Source of the DNA: a virus
Taxonomy: Duplodnaviria > Caudoviricetes
Length of the DNA: 64,000 bases
Reading direction: 5' to 3' (one strand)
Virus record (IMG/VR): IMGVR_UViG_2898133256_000001
Coordinates: 28,812-92,811 of that record
Position numbers and translations under genes: made by a program. The notes under the pieces are model-generated. The model ran no database searches, was not told the origin of the DNA, and worked only from the letters and a program-made list of their open reading frames with translations. The first letter of the stretch is position 1; each line of letters opens with the position of its first letter. Below, piece by piece: positions 35,839 through 45,172 of the stretch.

Positions 35839-36426
35839 CTAGAAGCCCAGCACGCGCCGGACGGACGCCTTGGGGATGCGCAGGCGCGTTCTCCGGCCGT
35901 CCGCCTCGTCCTTCTCGCGCAGCACCTCGAAGCCGTCTTCCTCGCGCTGGACGAGCCACGCCTGGGCGCCGCGCGGCTGCATGTTGAGGAGGGCGCTCAG
36001 CACGGCGGGCGTGCACCCGTCCTTGCGCGCCAGCCAGGCGATGGCACGGAGGTCCCGCCGGAGGCTCGACTCTCGCACCGTGTCGACGCCCTGGAGCCCC
36101 GAGCGGACGGTGTCGACGACGTAGCCGCCCTGTTTCGCCGACTCAACGAGCGCGAGCTGCGCCTCGGTGAGGACGGCGTAGAGGTCGATGGTGTGCTCGT
36201 CGTCGCCCGACACGTACTCACCGCCCTCCAGGTACTCGCCGACGATGAGGCTCGCGGCGCCAGTGGGCGGGATTTCGGTGCCGTCGTCGGAGATGAGGAG
36301 CGGCTTCCCGCGGGCGACGGTGAGCCACCCCTCCCGCCCGATGGAGTCCCACGTCTCCAGGAGACTCCTGCCCGAGGTGTCCTCGGCATCCCACGACGCT
36401 CGGACCCTTGTCTCTGAGGTCGTCAT
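35839..36426 (-). CDS. Hypothetical protein with C-terminal winged-HTH-like domain
   Basis: DGCTPAVLSALL...REKDEADGRRTRL, MarR-like wing. Confidence 0.6.
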   Translation of the reverse strand: MTTSETRVRASWDAEDTSGRSLLETWDSIGREGWLTVARGKPLLISDDGTEIPPTGAASLIVGEYLEGGEYVSGDDEHTIDLYAVLTEAQLALVESAKQGGYVVDTVRSGLQGVDTVRESSLRRDLRAIAWLARKDGCTPAVLSALLNMQPRGAQAWLVQREEDGFEVLREKDEADGRRTRLRIPKASVRRVLGF

Positions 36427-36432
36427 GTCGGT

Positions 36433-36882
36433 TTACTCGCGCCAGCCGTCGACGGACAGCCCAGCGGCTTTGCGAGCATGCGCGATTTCGGACTCGATGC
36501 GGCGGGCGCCGGCGAAGTCGCGTCGCTCACGCGCTGCGGTGAAGTCCTCCATGAGCCCGCCCAGTTTGGCGTCGAGCTTTTGGTCCGCGATGAGAGCCGC
36601 GTTGACCTCCTCGTGGTGGCGCCGGACAGCGGCTTTGATGGCGGCGGCCTCGACATCAGTGAGGCCGATAATGCGCGCGGGCGGATAGCCAGCGGCGTGC
36701 GTGAGTCCGTCCCGGTGAGACGCAGCGGGGAGGGGCCAGCCCACGGTGTTGCCGGCCGCGTGCCGCTTGCCGTCCAGGTAGGCCACCGGGATGACGGTGC
36801 CCGCATCCACCTCGACCGCAACGCGGAACGGCGTCCCATCCTTCGCCGTCCGCTCCAGCACCGTCTCAAGCACTCGGTCCAC
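36433..36882 (-). CDS. Hypothetical protein
   Basis: 149 aa ORF in operon with the downstream genes. Confidence 0.55.
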   Translation of the reverse strand: MDRVLETVLERTAKDGTPFRVAVEVDAGTVIPVAYLDGKRHAAGNTVGWPLPAASHRDGLTHAAGYPPARIIGLTDVEAAAIKAAVRRHHEEVNAALIADQKLDAKLGGLMEDFTAARERRDFAGARRIESEIAHARKAAGLSVDGWRE

Positions 36883-36929
36883 AGCTTCCCCCGGTCGCGT
36901 CGCGCGGCAGAAGTGCCGCGTCGATGGGG

Positions 36930-36961
36930 TTAGATATACGCATGTGACGTGCGCATATCAA
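36930..36961 (-). promoter_or_regulatory. Sigma70-like promoter overlapped by an imperfect palindrome
   Basis: Minus strand TTGATA-N17-TATATCT; GATATACGCA-N7-TGCGCATATC at 36933-36959. Confidence 0.5.
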
Positions 36962-37042
36962 GTCCATCAAATAGGTCTGTTGGTGAGGGGTGAGCGTTAC
37001 CCAGGTCCCGAACACCTGCACTCCCCCCTGGGTGGTATGGCG

Positions 37043-37348
37043 TCACCAGTCGTTGATGAGTGTCCGGGACAGAGGCACGACTTCAACCTCCGGCATCTCG
37101 TCGAAGAGCACGGTGGGCAGGACGCCGATGGCGTCGGACTCATCCAGGTCCAGCCGTGTGAGCTGCCATCCTGTCGGATACAGCCCGAGCACCCAGCATG
37201 GCCCGTCGTCCGCCGGCTCCGCCGCCATCCACTCGCGTAGCGCGCCGGGGCCCAGGTCCTCGCCGAGCTGCTCATCCCACGTCGTCCCCGGGCGCGGTGG
37301 CAGGGACAGGTACTCCGCCAACTCTTGCGTCAACGTCTCCATGTGCAA
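37043..37348 (-). CDS. Acidic hypothetical protein
   Basis: GGAGG RBS; about 100 aa. Confidence 0.55.
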   Translation of the reverse strand: MHMETLTQELAEYLSLPPRPGTTWDEQLGEDLGPGALREWMAAEPADDGPCWVLGLYPTGWQLTRLDLDESDAIGVLPTVLFDEMPEVEVVPLSRTLINDW

Positions 37349-37498
37349 CCTCCTCTGCTGCCCATGGAGACGGGGGCCGCGCCGATTGTTACTTCGTGCA
37401 TCGCGGGTGCGCGGATTCGCTGCGGCGGACGCGGGGATGGGGCACCCGCTTTGTCCTGGGCGGTACAGAGGCTCCCCACCACCGGTCGCGCGGCATGG

Positions 37499-37786
37499 CT
37501 ATGTGGGTGGTACCCGCTCCTGCGCTGCCGGCATGTAGTACTTCCCCTCGTGGTGGAAGACGCCCTGTGCGTCGTCCTTGGGCTGCTGCAACTGCACCCA
37601 GCACCCCCCGCGCAGCTCCACCTGGGGCAACTCCGTGGTGCCGCGACAGGGCGGGTGGGCCTGTCCAGCGAGAGGGCCGTCCGGCATCGGCCGCGCCTTC
37701 GGAGCTTCCGCAGCGGCTCGGCACCCGGAGTCCGAGCACGACATGACGGCGATTGCTGCGGCGACGGATAACGCGAGGCGGGGCAT
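37499..37786 (-). CDS. Small lipoprotein with myxobacterial kinase C-terminal Cys motif
   Basis: AIAVMSC lipobox-like; PLAGQAHPPC...VELRGGCWV...YYMP. Confidence 0.65.
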   Translation of the reverse strand: MPRLALSVAAAIAVMSCSDSGCRAAAEAPKARPMPDGPLAGQAHPPCRGTTELPQVELRGGCWVQLQQPKDDAQGVFHHEGKYYMPAAQERVPPT

Positions 37787-37826
37787 GGTGGCGTTCCAAG
37801 GCTAGGAGGTTGCTCGTCGATTCTGC

Positions 37827-38108
37827 TCACCACCTGCATCGCCCCGGCAATACCCCTCGCGGGGGATGGGGTGAGACCTCCAGCCCGAGCTTGCGGTTGC
37901 AACGCTCACGCGCCGTCGGGCTCGCGGCCAGGGATACGGGGGCCAGCCGTCCACTGGCCGTCAGGCGGTAGAGGCGGGGCTGCAGGTCGCGCACGTCCAT
38001 GGCGTGGGCGAGGCATGCGAGGACGTCGGGGAGAGGGTGGCGACCGATGTCACCGACGTCGGGCTGGAGAGGCGCACCGCATTCTGGGCAGCGGGGTTGT
38101 GTGGGCAT
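37827..38108 (-). CDS. Small Zn-finger protein (tandem paralogue 2)
   Basis: RCPECGAPLQP...PDVLACL...RLYR...GRLAP. Confidence 0.55.
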   Translation of the reverse strand: MPTQPRCPECGAPLQPDVGDIGRHPLPDVLACLAHAMDVRDLQPRLYRLTASGRLAPVSLAASPTARERCNRKLGLEVSPHPPRGVLPGRCRW

Positions 38109-38136
38109 GCCATGAAGACTCCCTGCACGCCATTTG

Positions 38137-38373
38137 TTACCTCACGCCCTCGCGCCAGCGCTCCTCTGGCGGCCACCGCGTCCGCGCGGCCGGGGATGCC
38201 GGTACGAGTCGCCCTCCGCGCCCGGGCCGGTAGAGACGCTCCCCGCCGTCGGTCGGTCGATGGCTGCGTTTGTTCAGGCAGGTGAGCAGGTCGGGACCCT
38301 GGAGTGCGGCCAACTCGAAGGGCTGCAGGACCGCTCCACACCCAGGGCACCGGTACGTCGTCTTGGAGTGCAT
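38137..38373 (-). CDS. Small Zn-finger protein (tandem paralogue 1)
   Basis: RCPGCGAVLQP...PDLLTCL...RLYR...GRLVP. Confidence 0.55.
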   Translation of the reverse strand: MHSKTTYRCPGCGAVLQPFELAALQGPDLLTCLNKRSHRPTDGGERLYRPGRGGRLVPASPAARTRWPPEERWREGVR

Positions 38374-38412
38374 GCCCTGAGGGATGCCAACGCCGGGCGA
38401 ATCCCTCGCGGC

Positions 38413-38700
38413 CTATTCGCTCGCGGGTGTAAAGCGGGGCGGGGTGGCCTCGTCTTCATTGGCACGGATGAGGTAGCCCGTCAGCAGCAGCGAGGATATC
38501 TCCTCGAGGAGTGCCTTGCGGACGTCCGTCGGAAGCGTCGGTGCCAGCTCCGCGACGAGGCTGCGTGTGTAGCCCTCCAGCACCCTGGGCAGGGCAACGC
38601 CCGCCAGGCGCTCCACGATGGCGTCGGCGTCCTCTTCGGACATGGACTGAAACTGGGCCAGGAACTCGTCGGCGTGGTGCACGCGCTCGGCGTCGGTCAT
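38413..38700 (-). CDS. Hypothetical protein
   Basis: 95 aa; TAGCAT -10 box 7 nt before ATG (possibly leaderless). Confidence 0.55.
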   Translation of the reverse strand: MTDAERVHHADEFLAQFQSMSEEDADAIVERLAGVALPRVLEGYTRSLVAELAPTLPTDVRKALLEEISSLLLTGYLIRANEDEATPPRFTPASE

Positions 38701-38789
38701 GGGCGGGATGCTACACGGGGAGTCCCGTCACGGCAGCACTCCCGCCTTGCGCGGTGCCTCGTAGTCGGGCTCGTAGCGAAGGTCTCGCC

Positions 38790-39476
38790 TCAGGTGGTGG
38801 CGGCTCCCAAGGACATCATCGTTTCGCCGTCGCCAAAGCGGAAGGACTCCCAGCCCTCACGCTCGATGCGTAGCGAATTGTCCAGCGCAGAAAGGTGCTC
38901 GTCGAAGTCACGCAGCGCGGACGTCTTCGACTCCACGCCAGGAAATGCCCCCGTCACGCTAGAATATGTGACGACGGTCTCGCCAGCGGCTGCGGAAGCG
39001 CGAAGCATCGCTGCAAGCTCTGCCCAGCCCATGTTGGCACGGAGGACGCCTGATTCGCGGCCCCCGTCAATAATGCCCGCTACCCACGCGCACTCGGGTG
39101 CCGGGATGTTCGCATGGATTTCGCACTGGCCATGCAGCCGTGCCATGAGCCGCACCACGTCACTGCCAAGCACCAACGCGGTATTGAGGATGACCGTGGA
39201 GATGTCGAGCGGGGCCCCTGTGACGGGGTGTTGAAACTTCGTGAACAAGCCGCTGGCCAGCGCCACCCGCGCGCGCTCCTCGTAGGACATCCCTATTGGG
39301 TGGGTGCGAAGAGGATGCCCGACCGGGAAAAGCCTTCGCGTCCAATTTGGCGTGTCTAACTGGTCCCTCGTCTGGCCCGCGAGCGCGATGTCGGAAACGA
39401 CGGACGCCATGTGGTGGCGCTCGCGGCCCAGTACATCCGACTCGGCTGACTTCGTGACGAAGGCGATTGTGCTCAT
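38790..39476 (-). CDS. Hypothetical protein
   Basis: GGAG RBS; 228 aa globular-looking ORF. Confidence 0.65.
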   Translation of the reverse strand: MSTIAFVTKSAESDVLGRERHHMASVVSDIALAGQTRDQLDTPNWTRRLFPVGHPLRTHPIGMSYEERARVALASGLFTKFQHPVTGAPLDISTVILNTALVLGSDVVRLMARLHGQCEIHANIPAPECAWVAGIIDGGRESGVLRANMGWAELAAMLRASAAAGETVVTYSSVTGAFPGVESKTSALRDFDEHLSALDNSLRIEREGWESFRFGDGETMMSLGAATT

Positions 39477-39570
39477 GGCTCTCCAGTCTATGACGGACTT
39501 CAGGTGCCGCCATGGGTTTGGTGTCTCGTTGTTGGTGTTGAGGGATTGGCTACACGAGGTGCGCTACGTC

Positions 39571-40008
39571 TCAGCTTTCGTGGAGGCTCGGGAATAGCGG
39601 TCCGGCACTCACCTCAGGTGTCGCAGCGACGGTGCGAAGCGCGAGCGTCAGCAGGCCGAGCACTTCCAGCCTGGAGAGTCCACCCACGTCGCTCCACGCG
39701 GTGAGTCCGAGTCCGCCGGCCCGGGGCACCGCCATGTTCCGCCGTGCCGTGTCGCAGGCGTCCTTCCACGAGCGGAACTCCAGGAGCTGGCTCGGGGGCG
39801 GGCTCGCAGAGAATGGCTTCAGCAACTGCTCGCGGGAGGCGTCATAGCGGACGCCGTCCAGGAGCTTGTCGAGCTGCACGAGTGCCTTCTCGGACATGCG
39901 CTCCTTCCTCGCGACGAACCGACGTGCCGTCTGGAGATCCGGGTCCCCGGAAGCGACTCGGATACGGAGCTGCTCGAGCGCCTTGGTGAGGGTGTGCCGC
40001 AGCATCAT
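39571..40008 (-). CDS. Hypothetical protein
   Basis: ATGA overlap with the upstream HTH gene. Confidence 0.55.
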   Translation of the reverse strand: MMLRHTLTKALEQLRIRVASGDPDLQTARRFVARKERMSEKALVQLDKLLDGVRYDASREQLLKPFSASPPPSQLLEFRSWKDACDTARRNMAVPRAGGLGLTAWSDVGGLSRLEVLGLLTLALRTVAATPEVSAGPLFPSLHES

Positions 40009-40358
40009 CGGCGCGCCCTCCACCCTGGGGTGCCCAGGCTCCCGTACCCGTGCCGCTCGCACGCCCACGTGAAGAGCTGCTGGAGCGCGGCGTAGAGGTC
40101 GGCAGGCGAGGGGAACCGTCGCTTGCCCCGCTCCAGCTCGCCGAGCACCGTCTCCTCGACACCCCAGCCGGTGGCTACGTCGCGCAGGGACAGCCCCACC
40201 TCGACGCGGAACGCACGGAACACCTTGCCGTGCGTCTCGCGCTCGATGCGTGCCTGTGTGGCGCGGAGCTCGTCGATGGGCCCTGTGCCCGCCGGTGGCA
40301 TGGGCGGGCACGTCTCCAGGAGCAGCCGGTACCGCCAGCCTCCAAGCGTCTGGCTCAT
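40005..40358 (-). CDS. XRE-family HTH protein
   Basis: FRAFRVEVGLSLRDVA..WGV....LGELERG. Confidence 0.75.
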   Translation of the reverse strand: MSQTLGGWRYRLLLETCPPMPPAGTGPIDELRATQARIERETHGKVFRAFRVEVGLSLRDVATGWGVEETVLGELERGKRRFPSPADLYAALQQLFTWACERHGYGSLGTPGWRARR

Positions 40359-41431
40359 GGGTGGGTCGCCTCCGCGTGGACATAAGCAGGCGTGCCCGGG
40401 GACGCGTACCAGCAGCCCCCCTGCCCATCCCCGCGCAGGATGACGGGCACCTGGTGGACGAGCAGAGTGGCGGCGCCGGCCGGGCACGTCACCCGGTAGA
40501 GCAGCGTCCGACCCGCCTCGTCCTGACCGGCCGCGCCAAGCAACGCCGTCATGTCGTGCCACGCGCCGTCCCCGAGTAGTGCGCGGATACGGGCAGCGCC
40601 CTCCTCGAGGCTACTGGGCCCGTCCGGCGGAGGCAGTGCTGGCGGGGGGGGCGCGGGTGTTGGGGCTGGGTTCTCCCTCGCGATGGCGTGCACCAGCCGG
40701 GGTGGTGGCTCGCCGAACAGGCCGAGCTGCTCGACGGCGCCCATGGGGGCCACGGGGCTGTTGTCGGCGGGGAGTTCCTGGCGAGGCGGTGGCGCTGCCG
40801 GGGTGGTGGGGAGAGGCACCGGGGCTGCCGGCGGTACCACCGGCTCTGGTGAGATGGCGGGCAGGGCGGCCGGCACGGCGTACGCCTCTGGGTGCCAGAC
40901 GCCGTCCCGGGCCAGCCGTACCCGCTCGCGCAGCTCCGGTAGCAACTCGCGGTCAACGCGTGAGAGGCGCGGCGCGGGCGCGGCCACTAGCGGCTCGAAC
41001 ACCATCACCTCTTCGAGCCACCACGCGACGGTGCCGCGGCAGGGTGCGCCCCGGTGCCACCACCACGGGTCGGACGCGCAGCGAGAATCGTTGCCGACGG
41101 TGGAGACCTCCGCCAGACGCGCCATGGCCACGTACGCGCCAGCGGGCAGGACGTCGCCGGCGGGTGCCTCCAGGTCATGGGCCTTGCGCAGCCACGCCAC
41201 GGCCCCGGCGTCGTAGTCGCGGGTGGCGTAGATGGCGAGCCAGCTCCCCAGCACCTCCGGAGGAGGGTGCAGGGGATGACGGCGCTCGGGCACGCCCTGG
41301 CGCGCAGGCTCCACGTCGTGGACGAAGACGCTCCACATCCCGTGGTGCGTGAGTGCCCACGTCCAGGGGCGTGCGAGGGGGAGGTGGAACACCTCGGTGC
41401 CGGCGTGCGTGTAGCGGTAGGGTCCGGCCAT
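40355..41431 (-). CDS. ASCH/PUA-like domain protein with Pro-rich linker
   Basis: LARPWTWAL...WLAIYA...LPAGAYVAMARL...AWWLEEV..FEP. Confidence 0.6.
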   Translation of the reverse strand: MAGPYRYTHAGTEVFHLPLARPWTWALTHHGMWSVFVHDVEPARQGVPERRHPLHPPPEVLGSWLAIYATRDYDAGAVAWLRKAHDLEAPAGDVLPAGAYVAMARLAEVSTVGNDSRCASDPWWWHRGAPCRGTVAWWLEEVMVFEPLVAAPAPRLSRVDRELLPELRERVRLARDGVWHPEAYAVPAALPAISPEPVVPPAAPVPLPTTPAAPPPRQELPADNSPVAPMGAVEQLGLFGEPPPRLVHAIARENPAPTPAPPPPALPPPDGPSSLEEGAARIRALLGDGAWHDMTALLGAAGQDEAGRTLLYRVTCPAGAATLLVHQVPVILRGDGQGGCWYASPGTPAYVHAEATHP

Positions 41432-41573
41432 TGGGATGACATTCACGGTCGGAAGTCCTCCGGACGGACCGGGCAGGGTGCTTCGACGGAGGGCTTGGGC
41501 GCGAGCCAGCGTTGGACCGCCACTGCCAGGACGCAGGCAGCGGCACCCGCCAGGGCTGCCAGGAGAAGGCGCC

Positions 41574-41786
41574 TCATCGGATGGCCCCGGGTGGACGCTC
41601 GCCTTCACGCAGCCGGAGGGCCCAGCCGTCGCCATACCGCTCGCACTCGCGCGTGCCCCCCGACATGAAGAGCTTGGGGGCTTCCTTCCTGGCCCTCCAC
41701 AGGGCGTTGCTGGGCTTGGCGCTCATGCTGCCGAGGACGTCGCCCGTGGAGGACAGGACGGTGACCTCGATGGGCTTGGCGATCAT
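41574..41786 (-). CDS. Small hypothetical protein
   Basis: ATGA overlap with the upstream gene. Confidence 0.45.
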   Translation of the reverse strand: MIAKPIEVTVLSSTGDVLGSMSAKPSNALWRARKEAPKLFMSGGTRECERYGDGWALRLREGERPPGAIR

Positions 41787-42259
41787 CGCGACGCTCCCGC
41801 CGGCCCAGGAGGAAGCAGGGGAGGCATGGCCCCCGTTCGATACGCCTCGGCCACCGCGGGCAACGCGAGCTGCCCCACCGTCTGCCCGGTGGGCGTGACG
41901 ATATGGGCCAGGAAGGCCTCCTCGAAGGTCTCCACCTGGCTTTCCACGGACACGAACTTGGCCTTGATGGTGAGGAGCAAGCACCGCCACTTCTCTCGGC
42001 AGGCCTGCTCCCACGCTCGGGTGACCTCGTCGTTCTTCCGAGTCTTCCATGGGCGGCGCGGGTCCTTGAGGAAGGACTCCCGGGCGGGCAGGGGCATGCG
42101 GAAGCACACCCTCCGGCCCTTCACCTCGAAGACGACAACGGCGAGGCCTGGCTCTTCACCCACGATTCTCCGCAGGGCGCCATGGGCTCCGAGCAGCGTA
42201 TCGATTTCCATCTTCGACCTGGTGACGGGAACCTTCGTGCCGGCGGCGTGACTACCCAC
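41783..42259 (-). CDS. Conserved phage hypothetical protein
   Basis: TKVPVTRSKMEI..LL...WRCLLLTIKAK...TFEEAFLAHIV...GQTVG. Confidence 0.7.
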   Translation of the reverse strand: MGSHAAGTKVPVTRSKMEIDTLLGAHGALRRIVGEEPGLAVVVFEVKGRRVCFRMPLPARESFLKDPRRPWKTRKNDEVTRAWEQACREKWRCLLLTIKAKFVSVESQVETFEEAFLAHIVTPTGQTVGQLALPAVAEAYRTGAMPPLLPPGPAGASR

Positions 42260-43778
42260 GGGGCTCTCCCCCCAGCGCCTGGCTCAACTCGGCGATGGCG
42301 TCGCCCACCCGGTCGGTGTGTCCGTCGCGCAGGTGCCCGAGGGCCCGGCGCACCGCGTCCACCAGGCTGGGGTAGGCGCGCAGCTCCGACTCGGGCGTGG
42401 CCGGCGCTGCTCCGTCGTCCGGCACGATGGCGTTGAGGATGGCCGTCTGGCGCGGGCTGAGATCAAACCCGAGGTCGCCGAACGCGTGCAGGACACGCTC
42501 ACGCATCCGCGTGGCAGCCCGGTGCCGCTCAGCCACGCGGCAGTGGTAGGCGCGCGGGTCGTCGACGTCGAGCACTCGGTTCCCGCACCCGCAGCCGCAC
42601 CACAGCTCCGCGCGCTTCAGCGTCGCTCTGGCCTGCGTCAGCTGAGCCTGAATGCTGTAGGCCGCGCCGCGCCACATCTCCGTGTTGCTCATGTCGCTGG
42701 GATGGAGGGTGCTCTGCGCTGGCAGGTCGCCCTCGGCAGCGGCCTTGAGGACGGCGGTCTCCCCCACCGCCTCCACCAGCGCGGGCGGGGTGGGGGCGGG
42801 CGCCCGCGACTCGCACCGCGAGCAGCGCTTCTCGCTGGCAAGTGGCGGCTGCCAAACCTCATTATCCCACACAAGCAGTCCGCACAGCGCCTGACGTCCC
42901 ACGATGGCATGGACCTTCCCCGTGCGGGTGTTCGTCAGCCACTCCACCCCCTGCGCCGGGGCGGGCGCGGGCTGGGACTTGAGAGCGCGTATGGCCGAGA
43001 CGACGTTGGCGAACACGTCGCGGACGCGGTCGCTCTCGTCGCCGTGGTCGAACTCGCTCTGCGCCATCTTCGCGGCCTCCTCCAGCGCAGTGGTGCGCGC
43101 GGTCGCGAGCAGCCCCTCCAACTCCTTCACGCGCGCCTCGGCGGTGTCGCGAGCCCGGACAAGGGACTCCATCGCGTCCCGAAGTCCGTCGTCAACGGAG
43201 ACGCCGGCCGTCGTCATGTCGCACTCAATCGAGAGGCGCTCCTCATCCTGCGCTCGCACCTCGCGCTCCAGCGTGGCGACGCGCTCGGCGAGCCGGTCCC
43301 TCTCTTCCGCCGCGAGCCGCATGGCGCCGCGCGCGTCGTCGCGCTCATGCTCGGCAGTGTTGAGCCGCGCCGCGAAGTGGTTGCGCTCGGCGGCGCGGGC
43401 CTCATTGAACTTCGCGGATTCCTCCGCGCGCAGTGCTCGCTCCGCTTGCTGGGCACGAGCGGAGTCCATCTCGTCCACCTCCTGCCGGGCGGCGTCGCGC
43501 TCAGACTCGACATCTACGATGCGCTGCTCGGCGACCTCCGCCTCCGTGATGATGCCGCTCAGTCGCGTCGCGGCCTCCTCGGCCTTCGGCTCGTAGTCGA
43601 GCCCACGGGCCAGGGTGTGGAGCATCTCCTCGCGCCACGCCTCCAGCCCCGGCACCTTGGCGGCCTCGGCCGTCAGCGCCTCGATGTGGCCAGCCACGAG
43701 CGTCTCGGCATCCGCGCTCAGCGGCTCCATTGCCTCGTTCAGCTCATCTTGCGTCAGCAACCGCGCTTCACACGTCAT
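42252..43778 (-). CDS. Coiled-coil phage early protein with Cys/His clusters
   Basis: 508 aa; coupled overlaps at both ends. Confidence 0.7.
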   Translation of the reverse strand: MTCEARLLTQDELNEAMEPLSADAETLVAGHIEALTAEAAKVPGLEAWREEMLHTLARGLDYEPKAEEAATRLSGIITEAEVAEQRIVDVESERDAARQEVDEMDSARAQQAERALRAEESAKFNEARAAERNHFAARLNTAEHERDDARGAMRLAAEERDRLAERVATLEREVRAQDEERLSIECDMTTAGVSVDDGLRDAMESLVRARDTAEARVKELEGLLATARTTALEEAAKMAQSEFDHGDESDRVRDVFANVVSAIRALKSQPAPAPAQGVEWLTNTRTGKVHAIVGRQALCGLLVWDNEVWQPPLASEKRCSRCESRAPAPTPPALVEAVGETAVLKAAAEGDLPAQSTLHPSDMSNTEMWRGAAYSIQAQLTQARATLKRAELWCGCGCGNRVLDVDDPRAYHCRVAERHRAATRMRERVLHAFGDLGFDLSPRQTAILNAIVPDDGAAPATPESELRAYPSLVDAVRRALGHLRDGHTDRVGDAIAELSQALGGEPRG

Positions 43779-44179
43779 GACGTCACCTTGGGTGTTCCGG
43801 AAGGAGAAGGACTGGCCAGCAACTCAAGCCGGGCCTGGAGGGCTGCGAGGTCGGCGGCAGCCACGCCGGGGGCGTGCGGGTCGAACGCGCGCGCGCCATC
43901 GACAAGAATCGACTCGTCCAGCTCATGCAGGATGAAACTGCGCAGCACTTCACGCAGGGCGCACAGCAGCGTCTGGCGGTCCATGCCCTGGTACGCCAGG
44001 CGCTTCGTGAAGCGGGCGCGCCGCACATCTCCGGACTCCCGCTCGGCGAAGGCGGCGCTGACGCGGACGTAGGCGAATGCGCCGTCGTCGTGCTGCACCT
44101 CCACCTGGAAGTCCAAGGCGGATAACGGCGGGCCAAACTTGAATGACTCCACGGCCCTGCGCATCTCGTGCTGCGTCAC
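43775..44179 (-). CDS. Hypothetical phage protein
   Basis: GAGG RBS; HELDE....G...FDPH motif. Confidence 0.65.
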   Translation of the reverse strand: MTQHEMRRAVESFKFGPPLSALDFQVEVQHDDGAFAYVRVSAAFAERESGDVRRARFTKRLAYQGMDRQTLLCALREVLRSFILHELDESILVDGARAFDPHAPGVAAADLAALQARLELLASPSPSGTPKVTS

Positions 44180-44252
44180 GTTGCACCTCGGAGATACAGC
44201 GAGAGAGGCGCGGGCGGCCCGTGCTGCACCGCCCGCGAGGAGTCAGGGGACG

Positions 44253-44522
44253 TCAGTCCTTTTTGTCCGCCTTGGCCCGGGCCTCCGCGGCTTCCCTCGC
44301 GGCGCCAGCGCAGGCGCCAACGGCGGAACCACCGGCTTTGCACGGGGCCTCACAGAGGGAGGTGCACACGGACTCCTCGCCGTGTTCCGCGAGCGCATCC
44401 AGGCAGTCGATGCAGGCCCCGTAGCTGCGGCCGTACTCCGTCCGGAGCGCGCTGCACTTAGCCTGCGCGGGCGTCTTGCATCCGGCCACGCCGAGCAGGA
44501 CCACCAAAGCCAGGCGCCTCAC
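44253..44522 (-). CDS. Small Cys-rich lipoprotein
   Basis: MRRLALVVLLGVAGC lipobox; GTGA overlap. Confidence 0.6.
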   Translation of the reverse strand: MRRLALVVLLGVAGCKTPAQAKCSALRTEYGRSYGACIDCLDALAEHGEESVCTSLCEAPCKAGGSAVGACAGAAREAAEARAKADKKD

Positions 44523-45172
44523 AGCGAGCACTCCACGCCCTGGCACTCGCGGCGAAGGAACAGGTAGGGGTTCAGGATGGGGACGGAACCGGACCCGGCC
44601 TGGATCGCCGTCCCGGCGCGTGCCGGGAGCGACATCACCAACTCCTCAATAGAGCCCGCGAGGCGGGTCAGCGAGCCGAGGAGGTCCGCGTCCTGCACCA
44701 GCTCTGCACGGGAGGGCTTGGACTTCGCCAGCTCCTCCATGTACCGGCGCCCGAGGTTGGGCTGCTTGTCTCCGTATCCGTCCGTCGGGTCCTCGCACTC
44801 CTTTTTGGCGCGCTCGGCGGTACGTGACACTGCGGTCGCCGGCCACGTCGGAGGCGTGCGTCCCTGCTCTTTCGCCCGAGCGCCAAGCGACTTCTCAGTG
44901 TCCCGCGCGAACTCCGCCACCTTCGTCCACAGGATGCACAACGCCCCCTGTCGGTCCAACGGCTTGCCCACCTTCTTCTGCACCTCCTCGTTGGCCCCGA
45001 GGAGTTCGGTGTAGCGCGCTGCGCCCTCGCGCCACTCCACCCAGAAAATCTTGGAGTCGCTCGGCACTCCGGCGCCATTTGGCGTGGTCGGCAACATGGT
45101 GGAGTAGTTGAGGTCCGCCGCGCTGGAGGGCAGCGCGAGCACCAGGAGGACGAGCATGAAGAGGCGGCTCAC
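44519..45172 (-). CDS. Secreted hypothetical protein
   Basis: MSRLFMLVLLVLALPSSA signal peptide; GTGA overlap. Confidence 0.65.
   Translation of the reverse strand: MSRLFMLVLLVLALPSSAADLNYSTMLPTTPNGAGVPSDSKIFWVEWREGAARYTELLGANEEVQKKVGKPLDRQGALCILWTKVAEFARDTEKSLGARAKEQGRTPPTWPATAVSRTAERAKKECEDPTDGYGDKQPNLGRRYMEELAKSKPSRAELVQDADLLGSLTRLAGSIEELVMSLPARAGTAIQAGSGSVPILNPYLFLRRECQGVECSL

Noticed and set aside
41445-41475. Sixth copy of the promoter-like motif (minus strand GTCC-N11-GACCGT)
   Set aside because: The CGGAC half does not match at the required spacing; partial match only
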